A stretch of DNA of 54,073 bases, taken from IMG/VR virus record IMGVR_UViG_2061766007_000587, one strand, 5' to 3'. Below are positions 20,647-30,142 of this stretch, in pieces (positions within the stretch are counted from its first letter, which is position 1; each line of letters opens with the position of its first letter). The stretch is from an uncultured virus (IMG/VR IMGVR_UViG_2061766007_000587) (taxonomy: Duplodnaviria; Heunggongvirae; Uroviricota; Caudoviricetes). The notes under the pieces were generated by a model. It saw only the letters and a list, made by a program, of their open reading frames with translations. It made no database searches and was not told the origin of the DNA. Both the position numbers and the translations under genes were made by a program.

Positions 20647-22552
20647 ATTGAAGATGGAAGCAAGACCCATGGACGAAGTTTTGCAAAAAGTAGCGGCAAT
20701 ATGTCCGGCGGCGGTCCAAGGCGACAAGATTGATTTTGAGAGATTGAAACAGGAATTGGAACCATCATTGGATGACAGTGCTGAATCATATAATTTCACC
20801 TGGGTTGGTAAACGTGATGCAATTATTGGGGCAACATTACCGGTCAGAAAGACCCTGAGACCATGCAAGGAAGAATCCAAAAATTGGGATACAACCAAGA
20901 ATTTATATATCGAAGGTGATAATTTAGAGGTACTGAAATTGCTGCAGAGTGCCTATCTAAACAAGATAAAAATGATATATATTGATTCTCCATATAATAC
21001 TGGTAATGATTTTGTTTATTGTGATGACTTTGCGGATAGTTGTGAAGAATATCTGGAAAAGAAGGGACAATGCGACCTGGAAAGTCATGAAAGATTATTC
21101 AAAAATGATGAATCAAATGGTCGCTTTCATTCCAATTGGTGCACGATGATATATCCACGACTGAAAGTTGCACGTGATTTATTGGCTGATGATGGTGTGA
21201 TATTTATGTCAATTGATGACCATGAAGTTGCGAATTTACGCAAAATTTGTGATGAAGTATTTGGAGAAGATAATTTTGTTGGTCAGATTGTTTGGCAAAC
21301 AACCCAAAAAAATGATCCAAAATATATAGCTGTAAATCATGAGTACATATTGTGTTTTGTAAAAAATATTGTTAGTACAACATTGGCACCAAAATGGAGA
21401 ACTAAACATCCATTAGTTGATGATATGTTGAGAGAGTATAATAACATTAAACGCAGGACAAAAGATATAGCAGAAATTCAAAAACAATGGGATATTGTTA
21501 TAAAGAAAGATTGTTATAAAGATTTGAAACATTACAAATTTGTTGATCAAAGAGGACCTTATTTTGCTGCTGATATAAGTGATCCTCAAAGAAGCGGTCC
21601 CAAACATGATTTTGTGATACATCCAATAACTAAACAAGTATGTAAAGCACCTGCAGGGGGATATTCCCCAAGAGAGGCAGAAATGAGACGGAGACTAGAA
21701 AACGATGAGATACATTTTGGACCTACACACGAATATGTGGTTTGTTCAAAGAAATATCTTGAAACAGCAGAAGATCGTTTAAATAGTGTTTATTACGAAG
21801 ATGGGCGTAGAGCAACAAAATTACTTGAAAGTTTAGTAGGCAAAGGTGTATTTGAACATCCTAAGTCAGAATTATTGATAAAAAGACTTGCAGGATTTGT
21901 TTCAAATAAAGATTCTATAATCCTTGATTTCTTTGCTGGATCATCAACCACAGCACATGCTGTTATGCAACTTAATGCCGAAGATGGCGGACACAGAAAG
22001 TTTATAATGGTGCAGTTGCCAGAGTTATGTGATGAAAAATCTGAAGCTTTCAAAGCTGGATACAAAAATATTTGTGAAATTGGTAAGGAACGCATCAGAC
22101 GTGCTGGGGATAAGATTGTTAGTGAGACCGGCAGAAAAGACCTGGATATTGGATTCAAGGTTTTGAAACTGGCCGACAGTAATATGGAAGACGTTTATTA
22201 TAATCCAGCAGAAACAACCCAAGCTAATTTACTGGCCAAAGTGGATAATATCAAGGAAGGTCGTACTGAACTTGATTTACTATATGGTGTAATGCTTGAT
22301 TTGGGGTTGACTCTGGATTTGGATGTTGCCGAGGTTAAATCTGGTAAAACGACATATTACAATGTTGATAATGGTTCGCTGGTCGCTTGCTTCGCAGATA
22401 ATATCCCAGAATCCATAATCAAAGAAATCGCAAACCTGAAACCTTTCCGTGTGGTATTCAAAGATTCTTCGTTTGCCGATGCACCGTCCAAGATCAATGT
22501 TACGGAAATATTCAAAACATTATCGCCAAACACAAAAATAACAGTATTGTAA
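20639..22552 (+). CDS. mod: Type III R-M methyltransferase (Mod)
   Basis: YIEGDNLEVLK, IYIDSPYNTG, SIDDHE, HPKS, LDFFAGSSTTA. Confidence 0.92.
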   Translation: MDKLKMEARPMDEVLQKVAAICPAAVQGDKIDFERLKQELEPSLDDSAESYNFTWVGKRDAIIGATLPVRKTLRPCKEESKNWDTTKNLYIEGDNLEVLKLLQSAYLNKIKMIYIDSPYNTGNDFVYCDDFADSCEEYLEKKGQCDLESHERLFKNDESNGRFHSNWCTMIYPRLKVARDLLADDGVIFMSIDDHEVANLRKICDEVFGEDNFVGQIVWQTTQKNDPKYIAVNHEYILCFVKNIVSTTLAPKWRTKHPLVDDMLREYNNIKRRTKDIAEIQKQWDIVIKKDCYKDLKHYKFVDQRGPYFAADISDPQRSGPKHDFVIHPITKQVCKAPAGGYSPREAEMRRRLENDEIHFGPTHEYVVCSKKYLETAEDRLNSVYYEDGRRATKLLESLVGKGVFEHPKSELLIKRLAGFVSNKDSIILDFFAGSSTTAHAVMQLNAEDGGHRKFIMVQLPELCDEKSEAFKAGYKNICEIGKERIRRAGDKIVSETGRKDLDIGFKVLKLADSNMEDVYYNPAETTQANLLAKVDNIKEGRTELDLLYGVMLDLGLTLDLDVAEVKSGKTTYYNVDNGSLVACFADNIPESIIKEIANLKPFRVVFKDSSFADAPSKINVTEIFKTLSPNTKITVL

Positions 22553-22568
22553 GCACCGGGGGGATACA

Positions 22569-25568
22569 ATGAAATTACAGTTCAAAGACCAGCAATTTCA
22601 AACTGATGCTTGCAATGCCATCTGTGATGTATTTACTGGTCAGCCAATGGGAAAGCCTTTTTCATATACGTTGGACCCGGGTGTAAATCCACGTATGCAA
22701 GATTTGTTGACGTTAGATGCATTTGCTAATCAAGGGGTCGCAAAGGATCTTGACTTGTTGAAATCTATCCAATCTGAACAAATTGATGCAGGGCTGGAAC
22801 CATCAAAAGAAGCAGATTTGAAAGTAAATGACGTACTCAATTTGACTGTGGAAATGGAAACTGGTACTGGGAAAACTTTCACATATATCAAAACCATGTA
22901 CGAATTGAACAAACGTTATGGATGGACCAAATTCATAATTGTTGTCCCAAGTATTGCTATTCGTGAAGGGGTCAATAAATCATTCCAGGTTACGGCTGAT
23001 TATTTCCAGCAAGAATATGGAAAAAAGATCAGATATTTCATTTATAATTCGCAACGTCTGGGAGAGGTAGAAAACTTTGCAACCAGTAACACCATCAATT
23101 GTATGATCATTAACGTCCAGGCCTTTGCGGCACGTGGTAAAGATGCTCTACGTATTCACATGGCACTGGATTCATTCAAAGGCAGAAAACCAATAGACGT
23201 TATAAAGAAAACTCGGCCAATTATGATACTGGATGAACCGCAATCAATGGAAGGCCCGGTTGCCAAACAGATGTTGTCGGCATTTGATCCATTGTTTATA
23301 CTGCGTTATTCTGCTACTCACCGTAATCCTTATAATATGGTATATCGGCTTGATGCGTTAGATGCCTATAATCAGAAATTGGTAAAAAAGATAGAGGTTC
23401 GTGGGGTTTCTATTATTGGTGATTCTGCTACTTCTGGGTATTGCTATCTGTCCAGAATCAATACGTTCAAAGACAAAAATCCTACCGCTACATTGGAAAT
23501 TGATTATAAAACTGCTGATGGTATGCCACGTAAGAAGTTGATGACGTTTGAAGAGGGACACAACCTATATGAAAAGTCTGGCAGATTGGATGAATATAAA
23601 ACAGGCTGGGTCATAACATCTATACGTGCTGATCAAGACTATGTGGAATTTCAGAACGGTACCAAGATATTTGTGGGTGATGTTATTGGGGATGTAAACC
23701 AAGATCAATTACGCAGAATCCAAATCCGTGAAACAATACGCTGCCATCTGGATAAAGAACAAGAATTATTTGATAAGGGTATTAAGGTCCTGTCACTGTT
23801 CTTTATTGACGAGGTGGAAAATTATAGACCTGATGATGCAGAAAAAGGTAAATATGCCGAGATGTTTGAACAGGAATATGAAGCCCTGAAAGCAATGAAA
23901 CTTCAGGAATTAGACTTTTATCCTGAATATAAAGAGTTCCTGGAAAAGACAAAGGCAGAAAAAGCTCACCAAGGATATTTCGCCAAAGACAAGAAAGGTA
24001 AATTCAAAAATAGTAAGGAAACGTCTGTGGGTGAAGAAGAAGTCCGTGCCTATGATTTGATTATGAAGGACAAGGAAAGACTGTTATCCAGGGAAGAACC
24101 AGTAAGATTTATATTTTCGCATTCTGCTTTGCGTGAGGGCTGGGATAATCCAAATGTGTTCCAGATCTGTACATTGAAACAAAGCAGCAATAATATATCC
24201 AGACGACAAGAAATAGGACGTGGACTTAGATTGTGCGTGAATCAAAACGGTGAAAGAATGGACGCCGCTGTATTGGATGATGTGCATAAGATTAATGTCC
24301 TAACCGTTGTTGCTTCTGAATCTTATGAAAACTTTGTAAAGGGATTGCAGTCTGATATAGCCGATGATTTGAAACACAGACCACAAACTATTACCATGGA
24401 TCTGTTTGAAAATAAGGCTGTGCATTTGGAAAATGGTGAAAGGGTTATACTTGATAAGGTCCAGGCACAAAATATACTGTTCCATTTGATGTCTAAGCAG
24501 TATATTGATAACAAAGGACATTTGACAGAGACATACTATTCCGATGTTAATAAGGGGACTGTCGATTTACCTGCGGAATATAAGAAAGACGATATTGCAA
24601 AGATATTAGGTTCTGTATACAAGCCATTTGATATTGATAGTGCTAATAAGACCAAGATCGCAGTCAAATTGAATAAGACCAATCTGGATAAGAAAGAATT
24701 CCAAGAACTGTGGAAGCGGATCAATAGAAAGTCTGCATACACAGTTGAATTTGATACAGATGAACTGGTCAAAAATTCTATCAATGCCATAGATCATAAA
24801 CTGGCGGTAACTAAGCTTGCTGCGGTTATTACTCGTGGGGCAATGGACAAGATTGATTCAGTAAAGTCCTTGGCTGAAGGAACGGCTTTTAATACAGCAA
24901 AAACAGAACGTGAGGCCATCGAGTCAGCTGAGATAGACTTGAAATATGATCTGATTGGTAAGATTGTAGAAGGCACCCAATTGACCAGAAAGTGTGTTGC
25001 CGAGATTCTGGTTGGTATTTCAGAAGATAAATTCGCCATGTTCAAGCAGAATCCAGAAGACTTTATTGCCCGTGTAACGAACCTGATCAATGAACAAAAG
25101 GCGACAGCAATCATAGAACACGTAACTTATGATATGCTGGATGAAGAATATGGAACCGATATTTTCACCGTTCCGGATCTGAAAGCTACTTCTGATAATA
25201 CCGTAGAAACCAAGACAAAGCACGTATATGACCATGTAATAGCTGATTCTGACATAGAAAAGAAGATGGCAACAGCACTGGAAACAAATGCAGAAGTCGT
25301 TGTTTATGCCAAATTGCCCAAAGGGTTCTATATACCAACACCGGTGGGGCATTACAATCCGGACTGGGCCATTGCTTTCAAAGAAGGGTCTGTAAAACAC
25401 GTCTATTTCGTTGCTGAAACCAAGGGGTCAATGAAGAGTTTGGACTTACGGCCTATAGAAAACGCCAAAATAGAGTGTGCCAGGAAGCATTTTGCCTTGA
25501 TCAGTAACAACGAAGTCAAATATGACGTTGTCAAAGACTATGACGAATTGCTAAGAAAGGTGTTATAG
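22569..25568 (+). CDS. res: Type III R-M restriction subunit (Res)
   Basis: VEMETGTGKT, LDEPQ, LRYSAT, LREGWDNPN, QEIGRGLR, C-terminal NPDWAI...AETKG nuclease. Confidence 0.93.
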   Translation: MKLQFKDQQFQTDACNAICDVFTGQPMGKPFSYTLDPGVNPRMQDLLTLDAFANQGVAKDLDLLKSIQSEQIDAGLEPSKEADLKVNDVLNLTVEMETGTGKTFTYIKTMYELNKRYGWTKFIIVVPSIAIREGVNKSFQVTADYFQQEYGKKIRYFIYNSQRLGEVENFATSNTINCMIINVQAFAARGKDALRIHMALDSFKGRKPIDVIKKTRPIMILDEPQSMEGPVAKQMLSAFDPLFILRYSATHRNPYNMVYRLDALDAYNQKLVKKIEVRGVSIIGDSATSGYCYLSRINTFKDKNPTATLEIDYKTADGMPRKKLMTFEEGHNLYEKSGRLDEYKTGWVITSIRADQDYVEFQNGTKIFVGDVIGDVNQDQLRRIQIRETIRCHLDKEQELFDKGIKVLSLFFIDEVENYRPDDAEKGKYAEMFEQEYEALKAMKLQELDFYPEYKEFLEKTKAEKAHQGYFAKDKKGKFKNSKETSVGEEEVRAYDLIMKDKERLLSREEPVRFIFSHSALREGWDNPNVFQICTLKQSSNNISRRQEIGRGLRLCVNQNGERMDAAVLDDVHKINVLTVVASESYENFVKGLQSDIADDLKHRPQTITMDLFENKAVHLENGERVILDKVQAQNILFHLMSKQYIDNKGHLTETYYSDVNKGTVDLPAEYKKDDIAKILGSVYKPFDIDSANKTKIAVKLNKTNLDKKEFQELWKRINRKSAYTVEFDTDELVKNSINAIDHKLAVTKLAAVITRGAMDKIDSVKSLAEGTAFNTAKTEREAIESAEIDLKYDLIGKIVEGTQLTRKCVAEILVGISEDKFAMFKQNPEDFIARVTNLINEQKATAIIEHVTYDMLDEEYGTDIFTVPDLKATSDNTVETKTKHVYDHVIADSDIEKKMATALETNAEVVVYAKLPKGFYIPTPVGHYNPDWAIAFKEGSVKHVYFVAETKGSMKSLDLRPIENAKIECARKHFALISNNEVKYDVVKDYDELLRKVL

Positions 25569-25752
25569 GTATCAAATCCTAAAACTACATCCAAAAGATT
25601 ATAAATTGGTGCCCCATTATGTGACGTAGTGGGGCACTCTGTAATATACGGATCCTTGTGTTAATTAAGTTGACAATAGGCAAAATACCTTATAAACCTT
25701 TAAATAATAAAAAGTGCGGAACTTCCGTTACAAACAAAAAAAGGATAAAACT

Positions 25753-25932
25753 ATGGCAGTAAGATTTAGATGGCAAGGCCCAGATGTTATCATTGAAACA
25801 ATTTCAGGTAACTATTTATATAGATATCAACGTGTACGTGATTGTTATCACTCGGGGCCCGATATTATTATTGTAACCGAAACTATGAGTACAGTACGTA
25901 TAGATTCAAATGGTTGTCGTCATTTTGGATAA
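25753..25932 (+). CDS. 59-aa hypothetical protein
   Basis: TTGACA at 25670, AAGGA RBS, terminator at 25936-25959. Confidence 0.65.
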   Translation: MAVRFRWQGPDVIIETISGNYLYRYQRVRDCYHSGPDIIIVTETMSTVRIDSNGCRHFG

Positions 25933-25935
25933 AGC

Positions 25936-25959
25936 AAAAGGTGCCGTCTGGCACCTTTT
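25936..25959. terminator. Bidirectional terminator
   Basis: aaaaggtgcc-gtct-ggcacctttt. Confidence 0.75.
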
Positions 25960-26293
25960 AATTGAAATCTAACATAACATATCGTTTGTTGTTTTCGGTG
26001 TATACTTTGGGTTTACAAGTGTACTCTTCTTTTCCGTCAATATCTATAATTATTTTGCATAGTTCTTTAGTTAGTTGTACGGAACCACACATTCTATGTC
26101 TATAACACTTTCTGCCTGTTCTGTTTATATATGAATCATCCGATTTAGTATCGATGTCTGCTAGTATAACACCATCTTTTTGCAAAAAATTAGTGACATA
26201 TATACATGTGTTTTCAGTCCAATAACCTGTACCAAAGGTTAGTATTCCCCTATCAGTCATTTGTAATGTTATCACTTTGTTTTTATCTATCAT
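25958..26293 (-). CDS. Hypothetical protein
   Basis: 111-aa ORF translationally coupled to the upstream gene. Confidence 0.6.
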   Translation of the reverse strand: MIDKNKVITLQMTDRGILTFGTGYWTENTCIYVTNFLQKDGVILADIDTKSDDSYINRTGRKCYRHRMCGSVQLTKELCKIIIDIDGKEEYTCKPKVYTENNKRYVMLDFN

Positions 26294-27105
26294 TATTCTT
26301 TGGTTGCTTTGTGTATATTTATCAAACCTGAGTAATCAATATAGTATCCTATACCACGATATGCATTATCACCTTTCATTGGTTGTATTCCAACTGGAGC
26401 AAAGTATCCGTCATAATTTGCTAAAGTACTGTTCAAAAACTTTGATATATCAGGTTCTTTGATTTCCTTTTCATCTGGGCCGTATTCTACCCAAACCCAA
26501 CACATTTTTCCATCTTTATCTTGAAACCATATCTGTGGGGTGATACCAGGGGCATCACAGAACGATTCCAATTTAAAACCATCCTTTTTTAGCTTATTTC
26601 TAACAACCTGAATTGCAAAATTTTGCATTTCATAATCCGACATTAATACAGGGGTATCATCCGCCAGTTCTAATGGATTTATCTTTTTATTCGTTTCTAC
26701 GTGAAAAAGATTCCAGCCTGTCGGATCCTTCATTTTCAATTCATGAGAAGGATTTTTACCAGGTTCAATAAGGACCCCATAACCAAGTGGTGACATTACT
26801 TCAACAAACTCAAGATCAACTGGAAAAACACATGGGATTAGGTTATTTGCTTTAGTTTCTCTAATAAAGGGTTCTATACGGCGTGGTTCTAACATTTCTT
26901 TTCCGTCACGAAACATTCTTATCAAGACAGAAAAAACCTGATTTTTATATCTAAAATTCAGGTCATCAAAAGATGGATTTGTTATTTCTGGCCTTATCCA
27001 CGTAAAGTCTGATTTGTTTTCACCTATCATTTGTTGAATATGATAGCCGGCTAAGTTATGTGCTTCCACGTAAAGACTTTCAATATCTAATGGTATTTGT
27101 CGCAT
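26293..27105 (-). CDS. Hypothetical protein, paralogue of 11866-12735
   Basis: AGGAG RBS; NNLIPC, INPLELADDTPVLMSDYE, FQDKDG motifs. Confidence 0.78.
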   Translation of the reverse strand: MRQIPLDIESLYVEAHNLAGYHIQQMIGENKSDFTWIRPEITNPSFDDLNFRYKNQVFSVLIRMFRDGKEMLEPRRIEPFIRETKANNLIPCVFPVDLEFVEVMSPLGYGVLIEPGKNPSHELKMKDPTGWNLFHVETNKKINPLELADDTPVLMSDYEMQNFAIQVVRNKLKKDGFKLESFCDAPGITPQIWFQDKDGKMCWVWVEYGPDEKEIKEPDISKFLNSTLANYDGYFAPVGIQPMKGDNAYRGIGYYIDYSGLINIHKATKE

Positions 27106-27114
27106 ATATCACTC

Positions 27115-28785
27115 CTAAAACATAGGGTATATTGTTAGAAACCGTTCTGCTAATATTTCATTGCGTTCTTTCAACTCTTTTTCTGTCCAAACTGTAGCAT
27201 TTTTTAGATAACTATTCAATGCCAGTGTTGATGTATCAAACCCATTTTGCATAGTCTTCTTAACAGAGAAAGGCCTGTTGCCCATGACGGTACCTTTGTT
27301 GATCAACGTTAAGTTCCCGAGCGTATCAAAATATTGTGCATGTATAAGGTTAGGATCAGAACCTGTGCTTCCTAATTCTTGAATCCATTCTTGACTAAGG
27401 TTTCTAGGCATTATATGTTCTAATTTGACGCTTTTTTGTTGTAAAGATTGGTCCCCAAAAGATTTTTCTAGCTTTAACAGAACACTTTTGCATATTTTTT
27501 TACCTGCTGCAGTTCCAATATCTCCTTGTAAAAAAGTTGCCACTTCCTGATCATTTGGAAAACGTAATGTCATTGGGGCATTTTTAACAATTTGTTTGAA
27601 TGCTTCTACATATGTTGTGTCAGTATCCAATAAATCTCTCAGTCGATCATTCATCAAAAAGAAACTAAATACACCACTTCGGTTATATCTGCATACTGTT
27701 CTACGTATGTGGTAAGCTTCCACAATATCCATAATTTGCAAAACATCTTGGTCTGATACTTGTCCTGCAGCATTTCTAGCAAACAAGTCTAAAAACATTG
27801 GGATAACGAACCACAAACAATCGATTTCTTTCAATGTTATCAATTTATGGTTAATTTCTGGATTTGCATGGGTTGATTTTATAAGCAAATTATAAATTTT
27901 TGATAATTCATACAACTCTTTCAAAATATTTTTGGCATTTTGATTGTCATCCTTATATTGTTTGAAGTCTTTATATAAATTGCCAATATCAGTCTTTTTT
28001 TGTATCTTATAGTCCAGAAAATACCAAATATATAGGGTTGGGTTTTCAACATTTTTTTCCATTGTTTCCCAATACTGATGACATAATTCTTGTTGTTCTC
28101 CATAAGGAAATTCCATGAGCATAAAGTTGCGAATTTTATCTGCTTCATCTAAACTCAATCCTTTGGAATTCAAAGATTCAAATACTTGCTGAGGGTTATC
28201 GTCTTCATCTGTTAATACAATATCCACCACCATCAATTGCTTTAGAGCATTAAATATAGCATTTATGTTTGCAGGTGTTATTTTTTCACAGAAAAATTTG
28301 TAATTTTTCTCGATTTTTGTTTCAACTTTATTCGGCAACGACTCGCAATTTGTAGCACTTTTATACACATTTTCGTATGCTTGCATATCGCCATTCAATA
28401 GCTTCAATTTCAATCTATTTGCGGTTATACACAAGCTTAATACATCTTTTTCATCTGGTATAACGTAAGGTACTTCACTACTAACACTGTTGAACAATTT
28501 TGCAGAATATACCATAGCTAACAACAATAAAGAAACTGTAACAACTCTCTGTTGCCCATCAATTATAAGCACATCCTGTGATGTCCCTTTATTATCCATT
28601 ACACTAACTATAGTCCCAAAGAAATGCGGTTTATTCTTGTGTTCAATAAGATGCTCCAAATCTTCCCACAGTGTTTGACATTGTGCTTCAGCAATCCAGT
28701 CATAATTTCTTTGATATACTGGAATTATGAAGCTCTTATTGTCTTCATTTAGGAAATCTATCATATTTCTTGGTTCAGTTTTCAT
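27115..28785 (-). CDS. DUF262-DUF1524 (GmrSD-like) nuclease
   Basis: IPVYQRNYDW, HFFGTIV, IIDGQQR, FESLNSKG; C-terminal LEHIMP...LGNLTL HNH-like motif. Confidence 0.88.
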   Translation of the reverse strand: MKTEPRNMIDFLNEDNKSFIIPVYQRNYDWIAEAQCQTLWEDLEHLIEHKNKPHFFGTIVSVMDNKGTSQDVLIIDGQQRVVTVSLLLLAMVYSAKLFNSVSSEVPYVIPDEKDVLSLCITANRLKLKLLNGDMQAYENVYKSATNCESLPNKVETKIEKNYKFFCEKITPANINAIFNALKQLMVVDIVLTDEDDNPQQVFESLNSKGLSLDEADKIRNFMLMEFPYGEQQELCHQYWETMEKNVENPTLYIWYFLDYKIQKKTDIGNLYKDFKQYKDDNQNAKNILKELYELSKIYNLLIKSTHANPEINHKLITLKEIDCLWFVIPMFLDLFARNAAGQVSDQDVLQIMDIVEAYHIRRTVCRYNRSGVFSFFLMNDRLRDLLDTDTTYVEAFKQIVKNAPMTLRFPNDQEVATFLQGDIGTAAGKKICKSVLLKLEKSFGDQSLQQKSVKLEHIMPRNLSQEWIQELGSTGSDPNLIHAQYFDTLGNLTLINKGTVMGNRPFSVKKTMQNGFDTSTLALNSYLKNATVWTEKELKERNEILAERFLTIYPMF

Positions 28786-28891
28786 ACTAAACTCCTATAA
28801 GTTTGTTTCGTTTTATATATAATACAAATAAGATTATTTGTCAATGTGTTTTTGGATAATTATGGCCTAATTTCAACGTTTTTTTGACTTT

Positions 28892-29554
28892 CTACCTATT
28901 AGCACGTTTGATAAAATCTCTTTCGATATCCTCTTTCCAATTTTTTGGCAGCCTCTCTGCATTACAAGCTTTGCATGCTAAATTCGCAACAGTTTCATAA
29001 ACTTTTCTTGTCCCTTGACTATCTTCTTTATAACGCACAGCTCGGTCTTCATTTATACCTATATCTCTAGCTGCCGCAACCGCATCTATATTTGCCCCTA
29101 AAAACACAAATTCCCAATCGTATTTTCTTTTTTGGTCTTCTATCATCTTTTTTACTTTGGCAAAAGTATATACTTTGCTTGCGTTTTCCATACCGTCTGT
29201 TGTTATAACAAACATCGTTGTCGTAGGAACATCTTCCTTCCTGGCATATTTATGTATATTACTGATATGTTTTATTGCCGAACCAACCGCATCTAAAAGT
29301 GCCGTCATTCCGCCTACCTGATAATCTCTAGCTGTCATCAAGGGTACTTCTGATAATCGGATTCTATCATGCAAAACAATGGCATCATTATTAAACAGGA
29401 CAGTAGAGACAAATGCTCTGGTATGTGTATCCTTTTGCTTTTTTATCATTGAATTGAAACCGCCTATGGTGTCTTCTTCTAATCCAGACATTGACCCTGA
29501 ACGATCTAATATAAAGACTAATTCTGTCAGTTTTTTTGCTGGTTTAATGTTCAT
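28892..29554 (-). CDS. vWA domain protein
   Basis: MIDAS motif FILDRSGSM, TALLDA, ITTDGMENAS, FLGANIDA. Confidence 0.9.
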   Translation of the reverse strand: MNIKPAKKLTELVFILDRSGSMSGLEEDTIGGFNSMIKKQKDTHTRAFVSTVLFNNDAIVLHDRIRLSEVPLMTARDYQVGGMTALLDAVGSAIKHISNIHKYARKEDVPTTTMFVITTDGMENASKVYTFAKVKKMIEDQKRKYDWEFVFLGANIDAVAAARDIGINEDRAVRYKEDSQGTRKVYETVANLACKACNAERLPKNWKEDIERDFIKRANR

Positions 29555-29612
29555 ATCTTATCCTTTTGGTTATAATTGACAAGACTATACTAAACCTAAA
29601 AAAACTGTTTTG

Positions 29613-29629
29613 GTCGCTTCAAATGCGAC
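29613..29629. promoter_or_regulatory. Palindromic operator candidate upstream of the vWA gene
   Basis: GTCGC-N7-GCGAC between the XRE-like gene and the vWA promoter. Confidence 0.5.
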
Positions 29630-29632
29630 ATT

Positions 29633-30133
29633 TTATCCCACATTGCCAATTAAAGAACACCTAAACTTATGTAACACCTCATTTACTGTGAAAATGTCAT
29701 AAACGTGATTTTTTATGAGAAATTCTATGATAACGTCTTTTTTTAGACTATGGGATATAGAATAGCCTGCAGCCTCTAACAAATCTTCCGCATCCTTCAA
29801 ATTCAACTTCAGGCTAAAAATCAGTGCAAAAACCGTATTTTTCTTTGGTTGGTATTCATCATCACTTCTTATTTTAGAAAATAATCTGCGATCTAAATTG
29901 GCCCTTTTGTAACATTCGGTTTCTGACACCCCCTTTTTTCTGATCAATTCAAATAGTTTTTGTGAGAAAGTTGCTTGCAGCGGTTCCAAAATATCGATAG
30001 ATAATTCTCCATCTACTGTCTTAGAATAACAAATATTTGGCAAAACCTGTTCGTATAATACGTGCCCATCATCATACCATATGTCAAGGTATTCCTTTGC
30101 TTTCAAAACTAATTGTTGAATATCAAATGCCAT
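29633..30133 (-). CDS. XRE-like HTH protein (domain commonly fused to macrodomains; stand-alone here)
   Basis: TFSQKLFELI...YKRANLDRRLFSKIRS...YQPKKNTVFAL. Confidence 0.75.
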   Translation of the reverse strand: MAFDIQQLVLKAKEYLDIWYDDGHVLYEQVLPNICYSKTVDGELSIDILEPLQATFSQKLFELIRKKGVSETECYKRANLDRRLFSKIRSDDEYQPKKNTVFALIFSLKLNLKDAEDLLEAAGYSISHSLKKDVIIEFLIKNHVYDIFTVNEVLHKFRCSLIGNVG

Positions 30134-30142
30134 ATTTTACTC

